From: Nitrospirales bacterium
Lineage (GTDB): Bacteria; Nitrospirota; Nitrospiria; Nitrospirales; UBA8639
Direction of reading: 5' to 3'
Length of the DNA stretch: 64,000 bases
NCBI GenBank assembly: GCA_965203295.1
Contig: CBDBCZ010000016.1
Coordinates: 1,344,001-1,408,000, forward strand
Below, one piece after another: positions 1 to 13,251 of the stretch. The notes beneath the pieces were generated by a model. The model ran no database searches and was not told the origin of the DNA. It was given only the letters and a program-made list of their open reading frames with translations. Each line of letters begins with the position of its first letter. Positions within the stretch are counted from its first letter, which is position 1. A program made the position numbers and the translations under genes.

Positions 1-3000
1 GCCTGATCGTCGTGGACCGTATCCTGTGTGTTAATTATTGTAGGGCCTCTCCCACTAATTAGTGGCACAATCTGTGAGTCGCATAGAACTCACTTACTGT
101 GCATATATAGGCTTCAGTTTGCCTGAAAGCCTAAATTAGTATCTCTTGCGGTGTTGTCTCTTGATTTATTTATTCTGCTTAGCCTTGTTCCCAGGCTCCA
201 CTTCCCAGTATTTTATCACACTGTGTATAAAAGATTGTATACGCTATGTGATAAAAAGCTTTTATATATATGTGGGGTGAAAATTACTGGGGAGTGGAGT
301 CTGGAATCGAGGCTAAGTACCATGCACAGGTAGAGGACTGGAGTTAGCACAGATGATGTTGGGGCTCTAATATACTATCCGAGGACGCCAAATTTTTTGA
401 CATTTTCGCTGTTTAGTCATGCTGAACATTTCATGAAAAACAAATCTCACGGACCAAGGATCCTTGATAGCCGCGCCGTGTAGTGCCAAACATTTCGCTA
501 GCTTAATTTTCGCGGTCTAAAAGGTAACCGCAAAAAATTGCAAAATTTTTGTGCCATAAAAATTTGGTGCTATATGGTAGATCAAAATACAAGGTTGTGG
601 TGGCAATCCTGCATTAGTGTGAATGTGTTGGGAGGGTGAGCATGCATGCAGTATATTACGCAAGTGTTTGTTATGTGTAAACCTGAACTGGACAGCAGTG
701 TGGAGGAGTACCCAAGAACGAGCCCAGCAAAAGTGTTGCTTTCGAGAAAAACTTTTTTGGAGCCATAATTTGTGTGCCTCAAAAAATCTGGTGCTACACA
801 GTAGATCAAGTGCAGGGTTTGTTGTGCATGCAGTGATATCCTGCATGTGAAGTGGTGTAGGTTAGAGCATGCATGTGAAGTGGTGTAGGTTAGAGCATGC
901 ATGTGAAGTGGTGTAGGTTAGAGCATGCATGTAATATACCAGTGCAAAACTGAACTGTACATACAGAAATGTGGAGGAGTGCCTGAATCTGTAATTGTTT
1001 CCAAGAAGAACTCTCCTGCTCTTGTATGTCTACTGTAGCCTGTGGACAGAGAGCCTGGGAACGAGGCTATGTCTACTGGTCAGGCCTCCCACTGCCACTG
1101 ACTGACCTGTATGTAGTCTGCTCTTCTGTCTCCCACTGCCTGAGGCCAGTATAGACTATAGGGGCTTCTCTGAATTAAGCTGGTTGGAAGTTCCTGCCAC
1201 TTCCTCTCCTTCCAAGAAATAGGGTAGTTGGCCTGCAAGACTGTTCCTAGCCTTTTACTGCCCAAAGAAAGCCCATACTTATAGTAACGCCTAATATAAA
1301 AACACCATATAAATTAATATAGAAGCAGGTCTCTACCGATGAAATTAAGGGTTAAACTCATCTGCTGTCAGAATTGTGTCTATCAATTTTTACACATCTT
1401 TCTATCTTTGGTTGGTTGTCATCTACATGTAGCTCTTGGCTCCTCCAACTGTGGGCATCGCCTCCTAAAGATTTTTTTGTTTTTTTCCATTTGTTGCCAG
1501 TGCTGTTGTCTCCCACCATGCAGTGGTGACTTGCACACTGGGACAGACAATGTGGCTGGGGGGGGGGGGGGGGTGCTAAAACTTACAGTACAATCAGGGT
1601 TTCATACAGAGGGGGGTGCACTGAGATCTCCCCCCAGAATGTGGCTGGCTAGGGGGGTGCTAAAACTTACAGTACAATCAGGGTTTCATACAGAGGGGGT
1701 GCACTGAGATCTCCCCCCAGAATTAATTTTGATGTAGTAGTTGCCCTAAACCTAATGATACATGTATTTACTGTGATTTTGAACAAAGTGTAGTATTTTT
1801 GGGAGCGGGTATTCCCCCGGCCCTCCCGGAAGGGTATGGTTTAGATGTTGTTTGTTACACACACATCCATTTACTATCCCCCAAAAAGTCTCCCCCCCCC
1901 CCCTCCAGTATATGAACCCTGATAATCATAAGTGAACTTTAGACACACCATAAATTGACATGACACAAAACATGTTCGCTAGTGTGGAGCTCAAACTCTA
2001 GCCCACCAATCATTCTGTATAGCCCCCTCCTCACCCACCCCACACAGACACAACTTTATTTCATATTTAGTTACAGTTTTTACCAGCCGGAGCGTACGCA
2101 GCGCGCAAACGGCTGGTACTAAGATTGCTTTACGTTTTCCGTGTCTGTTTGTTTGTTTATTTGTTTGTCTGTTTGTGCGTCCGCACTTATCACGTGCGCA
2201 ATATATTACGTCATACGTTACTATGCAACTGCAGTGTATAGCAGCGTTTGGAGGTTTGCAGGCCAAGCTACTGCAAATGAAGGTAGTTTTGTGTTGCCTA
2301 GATTGCGAAAACGTGGTAGGTAGCCGCAAAGATCCTGCATATAGCTACTAACCAGAGGCGCATGATGAAACTGCTGAGTCAGCACTTTCACTGTACCACT
2401 TTAGGAACATAGTATCTCTGGCTCTACAGTTGTTGTTTAGTAGCTTGGCTTAAGCTGAGTTGTGTGTATTGTACGGGAAAGGCGTCCGGCTGGTTTTTTA
2501 GACATGAAATGTCAGACTTGTTTCTATATGTACTTTCTGTTTCTAGCCCTCATGTTCACCCCAGACTATATACCCATCCACTCCAAACTTGCAGTACATG
2601 TAACCTGACCTTTTCCCTGAGGATGTTGTCCTAAGAACAATAATGGCCCACTCAACTCAACTCTCTTAATTACGTTATCTGTGCTGCTAGGGATTCAGAC
2701 GTGCATTAAACAATTAGGCCTTGACAACGAGCCCAGGTGTGTGAGTGCGTGTGTGTATATGTGTGCAAGTTTAAATTGAGTAAAATGGAAAGAATCCATA
2801 TTCGCCAAGTCGGCTCGCTTTTTTCTTTCCCCGATCGAATTTGTCCTATTATGTCGATCGAATTGTGTCCATTGTCTCCTTAACCAGCTGTCTCCCTCTC
2901 CAGACATTCACTTCCAGTACAATGGTTTCTTATTCGGGATCCTCCTGCTCTCCATTACCAGGATTCTGCAGGTTAGCCGGCTGTGTAGCAGTCTGGGGTC

Positions 3001-6000
3001 CAGAGCATTGTGCTCTCGACACCGGAATGGGACCTTGTTGTACCTACACACTCTATAACAGAGCCCGGTACTCTCGACACCGGAATGGGACCTTGCTGTA
3101 CCGGCACACTCTGTACCAGAGCCCGGTGCTCTCGACATGGGAATGGGACCTTGTTGTATCTACACACTCTATAGCAGAGCCCGGTGCTATTAACGCCGGA
3201 ATGGGACCTTGTTGTACTACACACTCTGTACCAGAGCCCGGTGCTCTCGACACCGGAATGGGACCTTGTTGTACCTACACACTCTATAACAGAGCCCGGT
3301 GCTATTAACGCCGGAATGGGACCTTGTTGTACCTACACACTCTACAACAGAGCCCGGTGCTATCGACACCGGAATGGGACCTTGTTGTACCTACACACTC
3401 TATAACAGAGCCCGGTGCTATTAACACCGGAATACGACCTTGTTGTACCTACACACTCTATAACAAAGCCTGGTGCTATTAACGCCGGAATGGGACCTTG
3501 TTGTACCTACACACTCTATAACAGAGCCCGGTGCTATTAACGCCGGAATGGGATCTTGTTGTACCTACACAGTCTATACAAGTTAATGCCAGATACCATG
3601 TGTGCTCTGTGTTTGGAAACCATACCCATGCGACAGTATGACAATCCTAGTGGGGTTGAAGTGATGCTCTTAAGAAAGGAAAGTTCTTCGGATACTAACT
3701 TTACTCGGAAAGAAAACTGCTGGTGTTTTGACTAGATTATTTGGTTCTTCTTCGGGCTAAAAATGCTCTTAGCTAACCAGTTTTAGTGTGTGCAGTGTGT
3801 GTGTGTGGGAGGGCGGGGAGGAATTTCTAGCCGCTTTTCTTCGGTTACACGCTGGATTTAGGACTAGGGTGAGGGTTAGGAAGGGCTAGGGTTAGGAGAG
3901 GATTTGGGTTAGAATCAGCGGACGCGAATCACTATAACTTGGGTCTGTTACTCTTTCATCCTGTCAGGCAATCGCAATTGAGGACCTGCATTATCTGTCT
4001 CTGTATGACTGCCATGTTTAGTAATCCAAGCCAGGACTATACATAACTCCCATAGACCATAGACTCTGTGTATTCATAACAGCGACCATGGGTCAAAGCT
4101 CTTTTCAGTGGTTTGACCATTGACCATGCTGATTTTCAACTGTTGACCTTACATTGATTGTACGAGGGACTTTCTGTTAAGCTTGCTGCTTAATCCAAGT
4201 CGATTACTGCAATTGAAAAGTTCTCAAATAACAAGCTTTTGCACACATGTCCATCCATTACGTATTGCGACCTGCCGTTGTCAGCGCTGATCAGATTTCT
4301 GCGTGCACTTTGTTGCCCAAACCCTTTTGAACGGCTTGGTCCATTGAGTGACAGCAGTCGCAGTTTGTGTGATTACATGGAAGTGACCCCTCCCCTGAGT
4401 TCTCACTCTCCTGACGTGTGATGTGTGTATAGGGCTGAGCCTATTATGCTCAAGAAATACCCTATTATGCTATGCTGCACTGCTCCAAAAATCTTCCTAT
4501 TATGCTCAACAAATGTCCCTATTATGCTCAAATTATGCTCATTAAATGTGACCCTCGTAGCGAAAACCAACCATCAGGACTGTTTTAAACTTCAAGTATG
4601 CGTGGGTTGTGCGTATGTTCGCTGCTATTGGATCACTCCCCCACAAGGTCTGACGGTAAGAGATTGGTAGCTTGCTAAGTTTCCGCTACACACTAATCAA
4701 GAGACCTAATTTCTCCCAAGAATCTACCTATTATGCCCGCATTATGCTCAATGATTTTGCATACCTATTATGCTCATTTTAATGCTGGCATAATCGGCTC
4801 ACTCTCCTGACGTGTGATGTGTGTTACAGTGTGTACCTCTGCATGTGCTCGAGAGCTCCTCCCTACCACTTCTAGATACATGCCAGTCTTGTACCAGGTC
4901 CTTGAACTGCTAAGGCTTCGGTCTGGGCTTCACCCTTGCCCTTGTACTGGGGTATGTGCCCTATTGGAGCCTCTAGGCAGGAAATTGGGACCAATCTATA
5001 ATGTTGTCTGCAACCATCAGGACCATCAGGGAGTGTCAACCATCACTGCTGTATGTGATTGCCTTCGACAATTGTTTAACCAATTTTTTTTGGAAGAATA
5101 GAATTAAGCTAGCGTAATAGCTTGTGAGTTTTAATATTGTCATAGCTGGCCTCACATCACTCAGAATTCCTCACAGCAAACCTCACAGTTTGAAAGGACA
5201 ATGGGGTTAGGGTTTGGTTTTGGTTTTGCTTTAGGCTGAAAGAAGCTTAATGGTGCAGTGCTTACATGTGTGAACGCTGCTATTGCTCTCTGCTTCAGGG
5301 GAGGTGCCTGGAGGGGGCTGTGCTCTTCGCTCTTCTGCTGAATTTCAAACACATCTTCCTCTACATCGCTCCGGCCTACTTCGTCTACCTCCTCAAACAC
5401 TACTGCTTCCATAGTGATGGATCTGACTCACAGCGGCGAGGCATGTGTGAGATTTTATGCATATGTTATATACGTACGTACGTACGTACAGTGGAACCCC
5501 TCTGTTGTGGACACCCTGGGGACCTGGTGAAGTGTCCTGTATAGAGAGGTGTCCTAATATCAGGGGAACATTTCTATTAAGAGAGCATATTTGGGGCATA
5601 GCAAAGTGTCCTTAATACAGAGGTGTCCTTATTTCAGAGGTGTTCCACTGTATTCGCATGCATGGTGCAGTGTAGGAGTGGAGTGATGAATCTGACTCAC
5701 AGCGGCGAGGCATGTGTGAGATTCTGTGCATATGTTACGTGCGTATGTATTTGCATGCATGGACAGTGTAGTAGTGGGGTATTAGCACATCCAGCCTGTC
5801 TCCAATATTGCTTGTTCATGAAACCTGAGCCAGTACATGTGATATAGAATCATTTGTTTTCTTGCATTTTAAATAGTCCCTGACAAGCAAGGGTGGTGTT
5901 GTTTGCAGCCACAGTGTCCCGAGGCCTACTGCTACCACGCTGCTAGCTGACTTAGTGACATGCATGTTGGAGCATGTTAGAGGAGACAGCCATATGCAGC

Positions 6001-9000
6001 TTGAATCCAAATCTTATCAATTTTAAGCCAATTAGTGAATTATGTAATCCAGTTCTTGTCAATGGACACACTGTTTTGACTACCTAGCGGGCAGTGGCAG
6101 GAGCCTCCCCTCTCTCAGAAACTTCTCTCTGGGAAGCTTCCTGAAGCTAGGGCTGGTGGTCACCTTCGTCTTTGCCCTCTCCTTTGGACCCTTCATATAC
6201 ATGGTGAGCACAGAGCAAGGCAGTGTGTGTGTGGGGGGGGCACACTGTAACTACTTACGTAATACATAGCACATGTTATTTATGATGTAGTTACATCTGG
6301 TTTTGTGCAAAGAATAATTTAATTAACACCTGACATTTAATTGCAGTTTCAGGTGCTTGCAGAGGTTAATTGAATTGCAGCTTCAGGTTTCTTGGGGAGG
6401 TTCTGCAAAGTGGTCCAAAGTGGATTTGTGTGATTAAAGCCATCTGTTTCCTGAGAACTGTATTTTATGGATTGGTCTTTGGACCAGATCCTGAGAAAGT
6501 TTTGTGCTCAAGTGTGTGGAATTACACACAGTATTAACATGGTCTGAGTGGAGTGGACAGGCTACAATCTCGTTCCCAGACCACCTCTGCTTCGGCCAAC
6601 TGGGTATATACATTTATAGGGTAAAATCTCATTCCCAGACCATCTCTGCCCTGGTGGGTATATACATGTATAGGCTACAATCTTATTCCCAGACCATCTC
6701 TGCCCTGGTGGGTATATACATGTATAGGCTACAATCTCATTCCCAGACCACCTCTGCCCTAAGTGTATAAGCTACACTCATTCCCAGACCACCTCTTCTC
6801 ACCCCACCCCGGCTGTCCAGGTGTAGGCCACACTAACTGTCACGACCCTGCTCCGTGCTAACATGGAGCTATGATCGCTTCGTTCATCCCACAGGGCCAA
6901 CTTCGCCAGGTCCTCTCCCGACTCTTTCCGTTCAAGCGAGGGCTGTGCCACGCCTACTGGGCCCCCAACTTCTGGGCACTCTACAACGTGATGGACAAGA
7001 CCCTCGCAGTCCTCGGTTAGCTAATTAGCCCCTTCAGTACTGGATTGATACTGCAGTGCACAAATACTTGCACCATTTCACTATTAGGAGTTCTTCTCAG
7101 GGCAAGTACTTGTATTGGTACATTGCTTTAGAATACATGTACATGTATGTTTGGATATTGTTCTTAAAGGCCCTATCAAATGCCTGCCTATAGTTTGTGA
7201 TTTGGATTTAAAGTGCACACATAAGTGTCTGATTATATAGCTACACAGAAAGACTAGTAACTGCTTACGTAATCACATGTTCTGCACCTGTGGCCCTCTC
7301 TCAAGTTACATGTGCATGTAGTGTTGTGATAAGAGCAGTTATAATTCTTTTAATTTGGAGACCAATCTTCAGAGATGGATTTTGATTTCTGAGACTGCAT
7401 GTCTAGGTGGACCCACTGGTGGCTGCACAGATTTGTAGCTGCTAACAAAGTGTTAGTGTAAGTAATAAGGTATAGTAAGTGCATACTAGAACACACATGT
7501 CTGTGTTTTCAAACTTGCGATGTGTCGTGTCGGATGTGTCGTGTGTAAGTGAATGTGCAGGAGACGTGATAGTATCTTGGATTTTGATTGATCTCAATCT
7601 CATGAAGACCTTGGTAGCAAGACTCCACGCAGGGAGAGAGTGAGGGAAGGTGGCTAGGGCTGGAGCTAGAAGCTAGCTTGCACAAGCTGTAGCACTCTAG
7701 TCCATTGCTCTGTGCTCACTGTCGCCTTCCCCATTGTACGTATGCCATGATGATTGCTAGGCCAAGCACCTCAACCATGCTAAGAGATCTATTGCAAACT
7801 CTTCAAGAGATGATAAGCTTCCTGAGAGAGTAAAGAAATCAAAACGGGACTCAGATGGGGATTGAACCCAAGAAGGCGACAGTGAGCACAGAGCAATGGA
7901 CTAGAGTTCTACCAGCTTGTGACATTTTAGAATGTATGTATGTTTTGATGGTTGCTAGGCCAAGCACCTCAACCATGCTAAGAGATCTATGACATTTTAG
8001 AATGACTCGATCTCCTCCCCTCCCCTCCCCTCCCCTCCCCTCCCCTCAGGATCGCGGCTGGGCCTCCTCTCTCCCAGCTCTGCTGGTAGCATGAGCTCTG
8101 GTCTGGTGGGAGAGATGCAGCACCAGGCACTCCCCTCCATCCCACCTTTAGTCACCATGGCAACCACTCTGGGAGCCATGCTGGTGAGTTTGTCCTTCTT
8201 ATACGTGTATACTGTATATATATGTATACATAAAATTATATTGTATAATTATGTATTATAGGGCTTAGCGCTTGCACAGACACAGCATGCACATAAACAG
8301 GCACGATGTCATTCTGTTTTCTGTTCACAAAAGTATGAAATAGGAGATGCTTGAAGAATTAGTTTGTGTTGCTTTTGATCTTCATGGGAACTACTGCCTG
8401 TGACCTGGCAACGGTACCACTGCTACAATTAAGGTACATTCTTACTTAATGACATGATTGCAAGTGAGTAGAAGGAGAGGAAACAGCTAGGGAATTGTAG
8501 TACACGTAAATTGGTACATCGTGAAGCTAATCTAACTCCTCCTATATAGCTATGCAACTCACAGGCAGTGTTGTATATACTAACAATAGTAGCAAAACAG
8601 ATTTAGTTAACTAACTAAGACTAAATATCAAGGGTGGGAATAAGCTACAACTACATGTATTTTTTCACCAAAATCAGCCCATTTAGTTATGGTTAACTAG
8701 CACTTAGAAGTGTTTTATTTCATTTTAGCTGTCGAACTAAAACCAAAATGAAACTTCTGTTCTGTGTATAACCTCTTAGCTAAAGTTTATGTAAAGCCAT
8801 ACTAAACAACACTAAGATTCCCGGCTCCCTTCCTCCCCACGTCTGCTGTCCCCTCCCCCCGGCCCGCGCAGCCCGCCCTCCTGCGGCTCTGGCTGAGGCC
8901 CTCTCGGCCGGTCGACTTCCTGAAGACCCTCACCCTATGCGCCTACTCCTCCTTCCTCTTCGGCTGGCACGTGCACGAGAAGGCCATCATGATGATGACA

Positions 9001-12000
9001 CTCCCAATGTGGTACGTATAGCCCCACCTTGTTTTGTTTGATAGGTACCTGTGGTACCTTTTTTGGGGGGGGGGGGGGGGGGGGGGGGGGGCAAAAGTTT
9101 CTTTATGATTTTATGCCCAGACTTCTGCTCCTTTTTTCCAATCCTAACGCTACCTAGACTGTCTGGATAGTCGGCTGTCTTCTTTGAAAAATTACCGGCA
9201 ACTGCTACTAGATTTGATGATTGATTCCTCCTGTAAGAGCATTGGGAAAGCTTTAATCCATCATGTTGGTCCTTTGAATCTATAGAGTGACAAAGGAATG
9301 AAGGGGAAGTGTTTGTTGTCAAGACTACCAGTAAACACTATTGGCTAGAGTTCTACATATGTGTATCCAGCTCTCTGTCGTTCATTTCAATCTGAGCGTT
9401 TCCTTCACTGCAGTTTGTTGGCAGTAGACACCAAGCGCCACACGAGGATCTTCCTCCTGCTCTCAACCACTGGCCACATCTCCCTCCTTCCACTGCTCTT
9501 CAAACCAACAGGTGATTCATGCTACAGCAGTATGTGCACAGCCAACCACCTCGGTGTTAAGGATTTGTAATCTCATAGGCTCATACCCAGGCTTCCCACC
9601 CAGACAAAGTAGTTGTTTTTTTTCTCATATCGGTGGAGAAAAGTTTCTCCACACCTGTTAAATGCATTCTAGGTATATAGCAAGACTGGATGAGGATTTA
9701 TTATCACGTGATAAGTACATAAGCACACACACACACTGTTGTTTTTGTAGCAATAATGTGGTTAGTTATTGAGTTGGTAGAGCTGAATATTTTAATATAG
9801 CAGTACATGTATGTACAGAAAGATGTGCCTTGGAACCTCACTCTCCACACCCCTCCCATATGTGGCCACCTAGCTCAAGCAGACAAACCGAATTAACGTT
9901 CCCATTGATAGATGTGGATACCTCTCAATTCCGTATAGCGGACAGGTTTGCCAATCCCTGCGGTGGTACCTGGACTGTACAAGCTTCACTGGATAGTCGG
10001 CTGTCTTCTTTGAAAAATTACCTGCAGCCGCTACTAGATTTGATGATTTAATATTGCATCATGGCTAGTATTGACAGTCACTAGCAAGGCTTTAAGAGCT
10101 TTCTCGCCGACACACAGCCAAGCTAGAGCTCAAGAGAGGTGTCCATGCTGTGCTGAAAAGCTCAAATGTGTGTTGCCACACTTGCTAGAAGTTTAATCAA
10201 AAGCCCCTTAAATACATATGTCTAGACATGCATGGATAGTCCCATTGGTGTCCACATTAGAGAGGTTCCACTGTATGTTGAAGTAGATGGATGGCTGTGT
10301 TTATGTTGGAAGTTGCCTGGGAACAGTAGCTAGCGATTTCTTTTTATGTAATCCACTGTATATTCTGTTCCTGTCTCCATAGAAACCACAGTCAAGGTTT
10401 CCCTTATCATCCTGTACACTGTCACTGCATTTATTGCTCTTCCAGCTCTCAGTGTGAGGTAAGCACTCACTGTAGCATTGTCTAAACACCTGGGAATTCG
10501 TGTTCCCAATGTCCTTGAAGCTCTACACTACAAAGGAAGCAAGTGGTCTGTCTGATGAAGTCCGATACTACTGAATATGCATCTGTAAACAAGCTTAACC
10601 TTGTTATGCCTTGTAAAAACATTTAATTGTGACACTAATTAAATAAAAATGCAGTCATTTGGGCTCAAGGTCTGTGAACTCATTCCCTTCCTATGCCATG
10701 GTCTGAGCATCCTGCCTTATATGGTTTCCATACCCTCCCACACATAATGATTGTCACACAGGTATTGTAGTAGTATTCAGACTCCCACTAAACCCATCAC
10801 TATGTTTGACTCCCACTAAGGCCCAAGTGTAGTAGTATTCAGTGTGTTTGACTCCCACTAAACCCAAAGAATGCCTGTCATCATTGTTACAGTTGTAAAT
10901 GTTACATGTACAATTATAAACATTGTAGTTTGGTGAAAATTTGCATAATTTCTTTTTCATCAGACCATAATCGTAACAACCAAAAGCATGTACCATCAGC
11001 CTGTTTGTACCAGTTACAACAGTGAATGCATGTCCTTGACTTATTGACCAGATGTCTGGAATTGCATTAAAGTCACCAGACCAGGTCATGTAGATTTAGG
11101 TCGGTCTGGGGATGAGACTGAATCTCGGTTCATACTCCATACATTCTCTACTAGAGTGGGGACTGAAAAGAGGGAGGATCTATGGATCCCTTAGCCTCGT
11201 ATCCAGGCCACACCCACTGAAAATAGTGGCCTGGTATCCACTGTTTGCGCATGCACGTAATTTCTCAACTTTCTGCGAATTCCGGATACTATCGTTTGAC
11301 GTCCGCGGTATGATGACGGAGGATACATGCACGTGAATAATATATGTGTTTACAATGGCTACTCGCGGTGAAGACTTGGATCTAGCGATTTTGTACGCCC
11401 TCCAGCGCCTTGGCTGTGAAGCGATGACTCTGAAACCTGAGCAGAGGGCGTCCGTGAAGTACGTGTACGAGGGGAAGGACAGTTTTGCTAGCTGCCGACG
11501 GGTTTTGGCAAGTCTATGTGCTACGAAGTTCTACCCTTCGTGTTTGATGTGAAGCTTGGCAGAGGTACCGATAGTAGCAACAGCGCTGTTATTGTAGTCT
11601 CACCCCTCGTGTCACTTCGATCCGTAGTAAATAATACACCACGTGGATTGCGTCATTGCACACTGCCACACAACATTCAACATCGTCATTAGATCCACGC
11701 CCCCAGAAATCCACATGGATTTATTCACTAATTACGTGCATGCGCAAACAGTGGATACCAGGCCACTATTTTTAGTGGGTGTGGCCTGGATACGAGGCTA
11801 TGTACCCCTTAGATCGTTAATTTTCTTAACTGGCTATTAGAACTTACTACTAGAGAAATGATCTAAGGTGTTTGTTACTAGAATTGAATTAGCATGATCT
11901 AAGGGTTCTACTAGCAAAGAGTAGTATTCAAAATTTAATGCTAATTATTTCATAGATTCCTCCTTGTACTATACTACTGGGCATGTCATGCCCATACATG

Positions 12001-12453
12001 TACATGTAGTAGTGAGCACTAATATAACGTCCATCCACCCATAATAATAGGCCATAATGTACTGAGCTCAGACTCACTCAAACTGTAATAGCATCATCAA
12101 AGCTGCAGTGTACGTTGGTGCGTGCTAGAGGGCGTAATGGTATGCCTATCCCTTTAATATATTACAGGGATCAGATGTTGCTATCGCCATCAGAAGAGAA
12201 TTCTGTAAACCCACGGGAGAAAGGGTTGGAGCCCTCCTTGCAGTGCTCCGGGCTCACCAAGCTGGAGTCATGCTACCTGATCCTGCTCTTGACAGTGCAA
12301 GTCTACTGCCTCTTCCTCCACGGTACTGGAGGGCTACTAGCCCACCTGGAATTTCTCCCACTGCTGCTAACTTCAGTCACTTGCGCTTTGGGAGTGCTAT
12401 GGACTTGGCTCCTGTCTTACCACGAATTCCTCACTGGGCTGGAACACAGTTGA
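1..12453 (+). CDS. ALG8: Dolichyl-P-Glc:Glc1Man9GlcNAc2-PP-dolichol alpha-1,3-glucosyltransferase (ALG8), 5'-partial, multi-exon
   Basis: Phase-consistent exons: <1-18 (GLIVVD), 2904-2971 ([23 protein letters not shown]), 5299-~5446 ([23 protein letters not shown]), 6088-6203, 6895-7015 ([27 protein letters not shown]), 8050-8183, 8872-9011 ([11 protein letters not shown]), 9414-9511, 10383-10458, 12168-12453 ([14 protein letters not shown]..stop). These motifs are hallmarks of ALG8. Confidence 0.96.
180..314. mobile_element. Short MITE with TAGCCT(C/T)G...CGAGGCTA termini (Academ-like family, many copies in window)
   Basis: Inverted termini agccttgttcccaggctccact / gtggagtctggaatcgaggcta. 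Relatives occur near 24061-24189, 33635-33700, 36530-36638, 41348-41431 and 46952-46984. Confidence 0.6.
843..932. repeat. 30-bp tandem repeat (about 3 copies)
   Basis: Unit gcatgtgaagtggtgtaggttagagcat(gc) is repeated. Confidence 0.85.
1550..1722. repeat. Direct tandem duplication of about 85 bp
   Basis: ggggggtgctaaaacttacagtacaatcagggtttcatacagaggggg..tgcactgagatctccccccagaat occurs twice. Confidence 0.85.
2078..2499. mobile_element. Non-autonomous element, Helentron/HINE-like
   Basis: T-rich flanks, a 5' palindrome taccagccg...cggctggta, an internal (tgtt)n/(tctg) microsatellite, and a 3' subterminal inverted copy ccggctggt. Confidence 0.45.
3010..3580. repeat. Minisatellite of about 58 bp, about 10 copies, in an ALG8 intron
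   Basis: Unit acaccggaatgggaccttgttgtacctacacactctataacagagcccggtgct(ctcg/atta), head-to-tail with no unique spacers. Confidence 0.95.
5489..5650. mobile_element. Tc1/mariner-pogo-type MITE
   Basis: TIRs CAGTGGAAC...GTTCCACTG flanked by TA. Related or truncated copies occur near 30146, 41507, 47927 and 10257-10273. Confidence 0.8.
6560..6795. repeat. Minisatellite of about 57 bp, about 4 copies
   Basis: Unit ggctacaatctcattcccagaccatctctgccctggtgggtatatacatgtata. Confidence 0.85.
11192..11800 (+). mobile_element. Non-autonomous AcademH-like DNA transposon carrying a frameshifted RecQ-helicase 5' fragment
   Basis: TIRs of about 70 bp (TAGCCTCGTATCCAGGCCACACCCACT...AATT / AATT...GGATACGAGGCTA) and a near 9-bp TSD (tggatccct / tgtacccct). 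The interior reads [18 protein letters not shown] then, after a frameshift, [30 protein letters not shown] (SF2 RecQ Q-motif, motif I and Ia). Confidence 0.8.
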
Positions 12454-13251
12454 TTCCTGATTCCTGAAATGTACCTTTGGTTTGTATAATTATTATATCT
12501 CCTGGAAGTTGAGTCTCCTGGGATCTAGAGGGCAAGCCCACTTGAAGTGATTGGTCTGTACTTGTGCTCTGGCCCAGCCCATGCTGAGAGTTCCCCAGTA
12601 ATATAGAGCTTCACAAAAATATTATTATAATGTCCAGGTATTGTCCCACTTTTGAGAGTTTCCCTCAAGGCCATGTGCATGGGCATGGGCTGCACTAAAA
12701 TTCCATTCTAGCAAACTATCAAAGCTTCATAGCTACCCTATTTATATACCCCCCAGCTGTCAATTTCTGACACCAAATACTTTCACATTGCACAGACACA
12801 AGGACAGTTACACAATGTGCATGATACAAGCGCTCAAGTGATGAGATACAAGCTCAAGTGATGAAAATGTAGTGATCTTGAAGGAAAAAAAACATTCATA
12901 AACAGTGATAATGAAGTTGCCAAACTGAGTCCATAATTAATGCAGACGGTTGGTGCAGAATGTATTGCAAAGATGCTGATGTGCATGGTGGTTGAGACTT
13001 GAGAAAACATGGTGGTTGAGACTGGAGAGTGGATGGCTGAAGGGTATAACCTGATCAATGACTTACTACAAAAATAATAACCTGCCAGACTGTATAGTGA
13101 ATTGAATAACTACAGTGTGCACACCAACATTGTACATCACCAAGTCAAATACGTGATTGTATGTAGTCCACTGCAGCAACTTAAAACAGCACAAGACGAC
13201 AACCACATCCGACAAACAGAACACCAAGTATAATGTGACCTTTGCCACGTA

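Larger units (their letters stand above)
19..2903 (+). other. U12-type (minor spliceosome) GT-AG intron in ALG8
   Basis: The donor is GTATCCTGT at 19 and the branch site TCCTTAAC lies at 2877-2884, about 20 nt before the AG at 2902-2903. The intron splits the His codon of VD-H-IHFQ. Confidence 0.88.

Noticed and set aside
3010..3580. CRISPR-like regular repeat array
   Set aside because: The units are head-to-tail with no unique spacers, there are no cas genes, and it lies in a eukaryotic intron. It is a minisatellite.
3860..3912. Telomere-like TTAGGG tracts (also about 5203 and 29866)
   Set aside because: They are short, degenerate and at least partly inside hairpin MITEs, so they are not evidence of a chromosome end or fusion.
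5441..5448. Possible GC donor (AG|gcatgt) in ALG8
   Set aside because: A canonical GTGAGA donor 6 nt downstream has the same phase, so this cannot be resolved without reads.
11346..11620. Host RecQ helicase gene
   Set aside because: It is frameshifted, truncated after motif Ia and enclosed by TIRs, so it is a transposon remnant.
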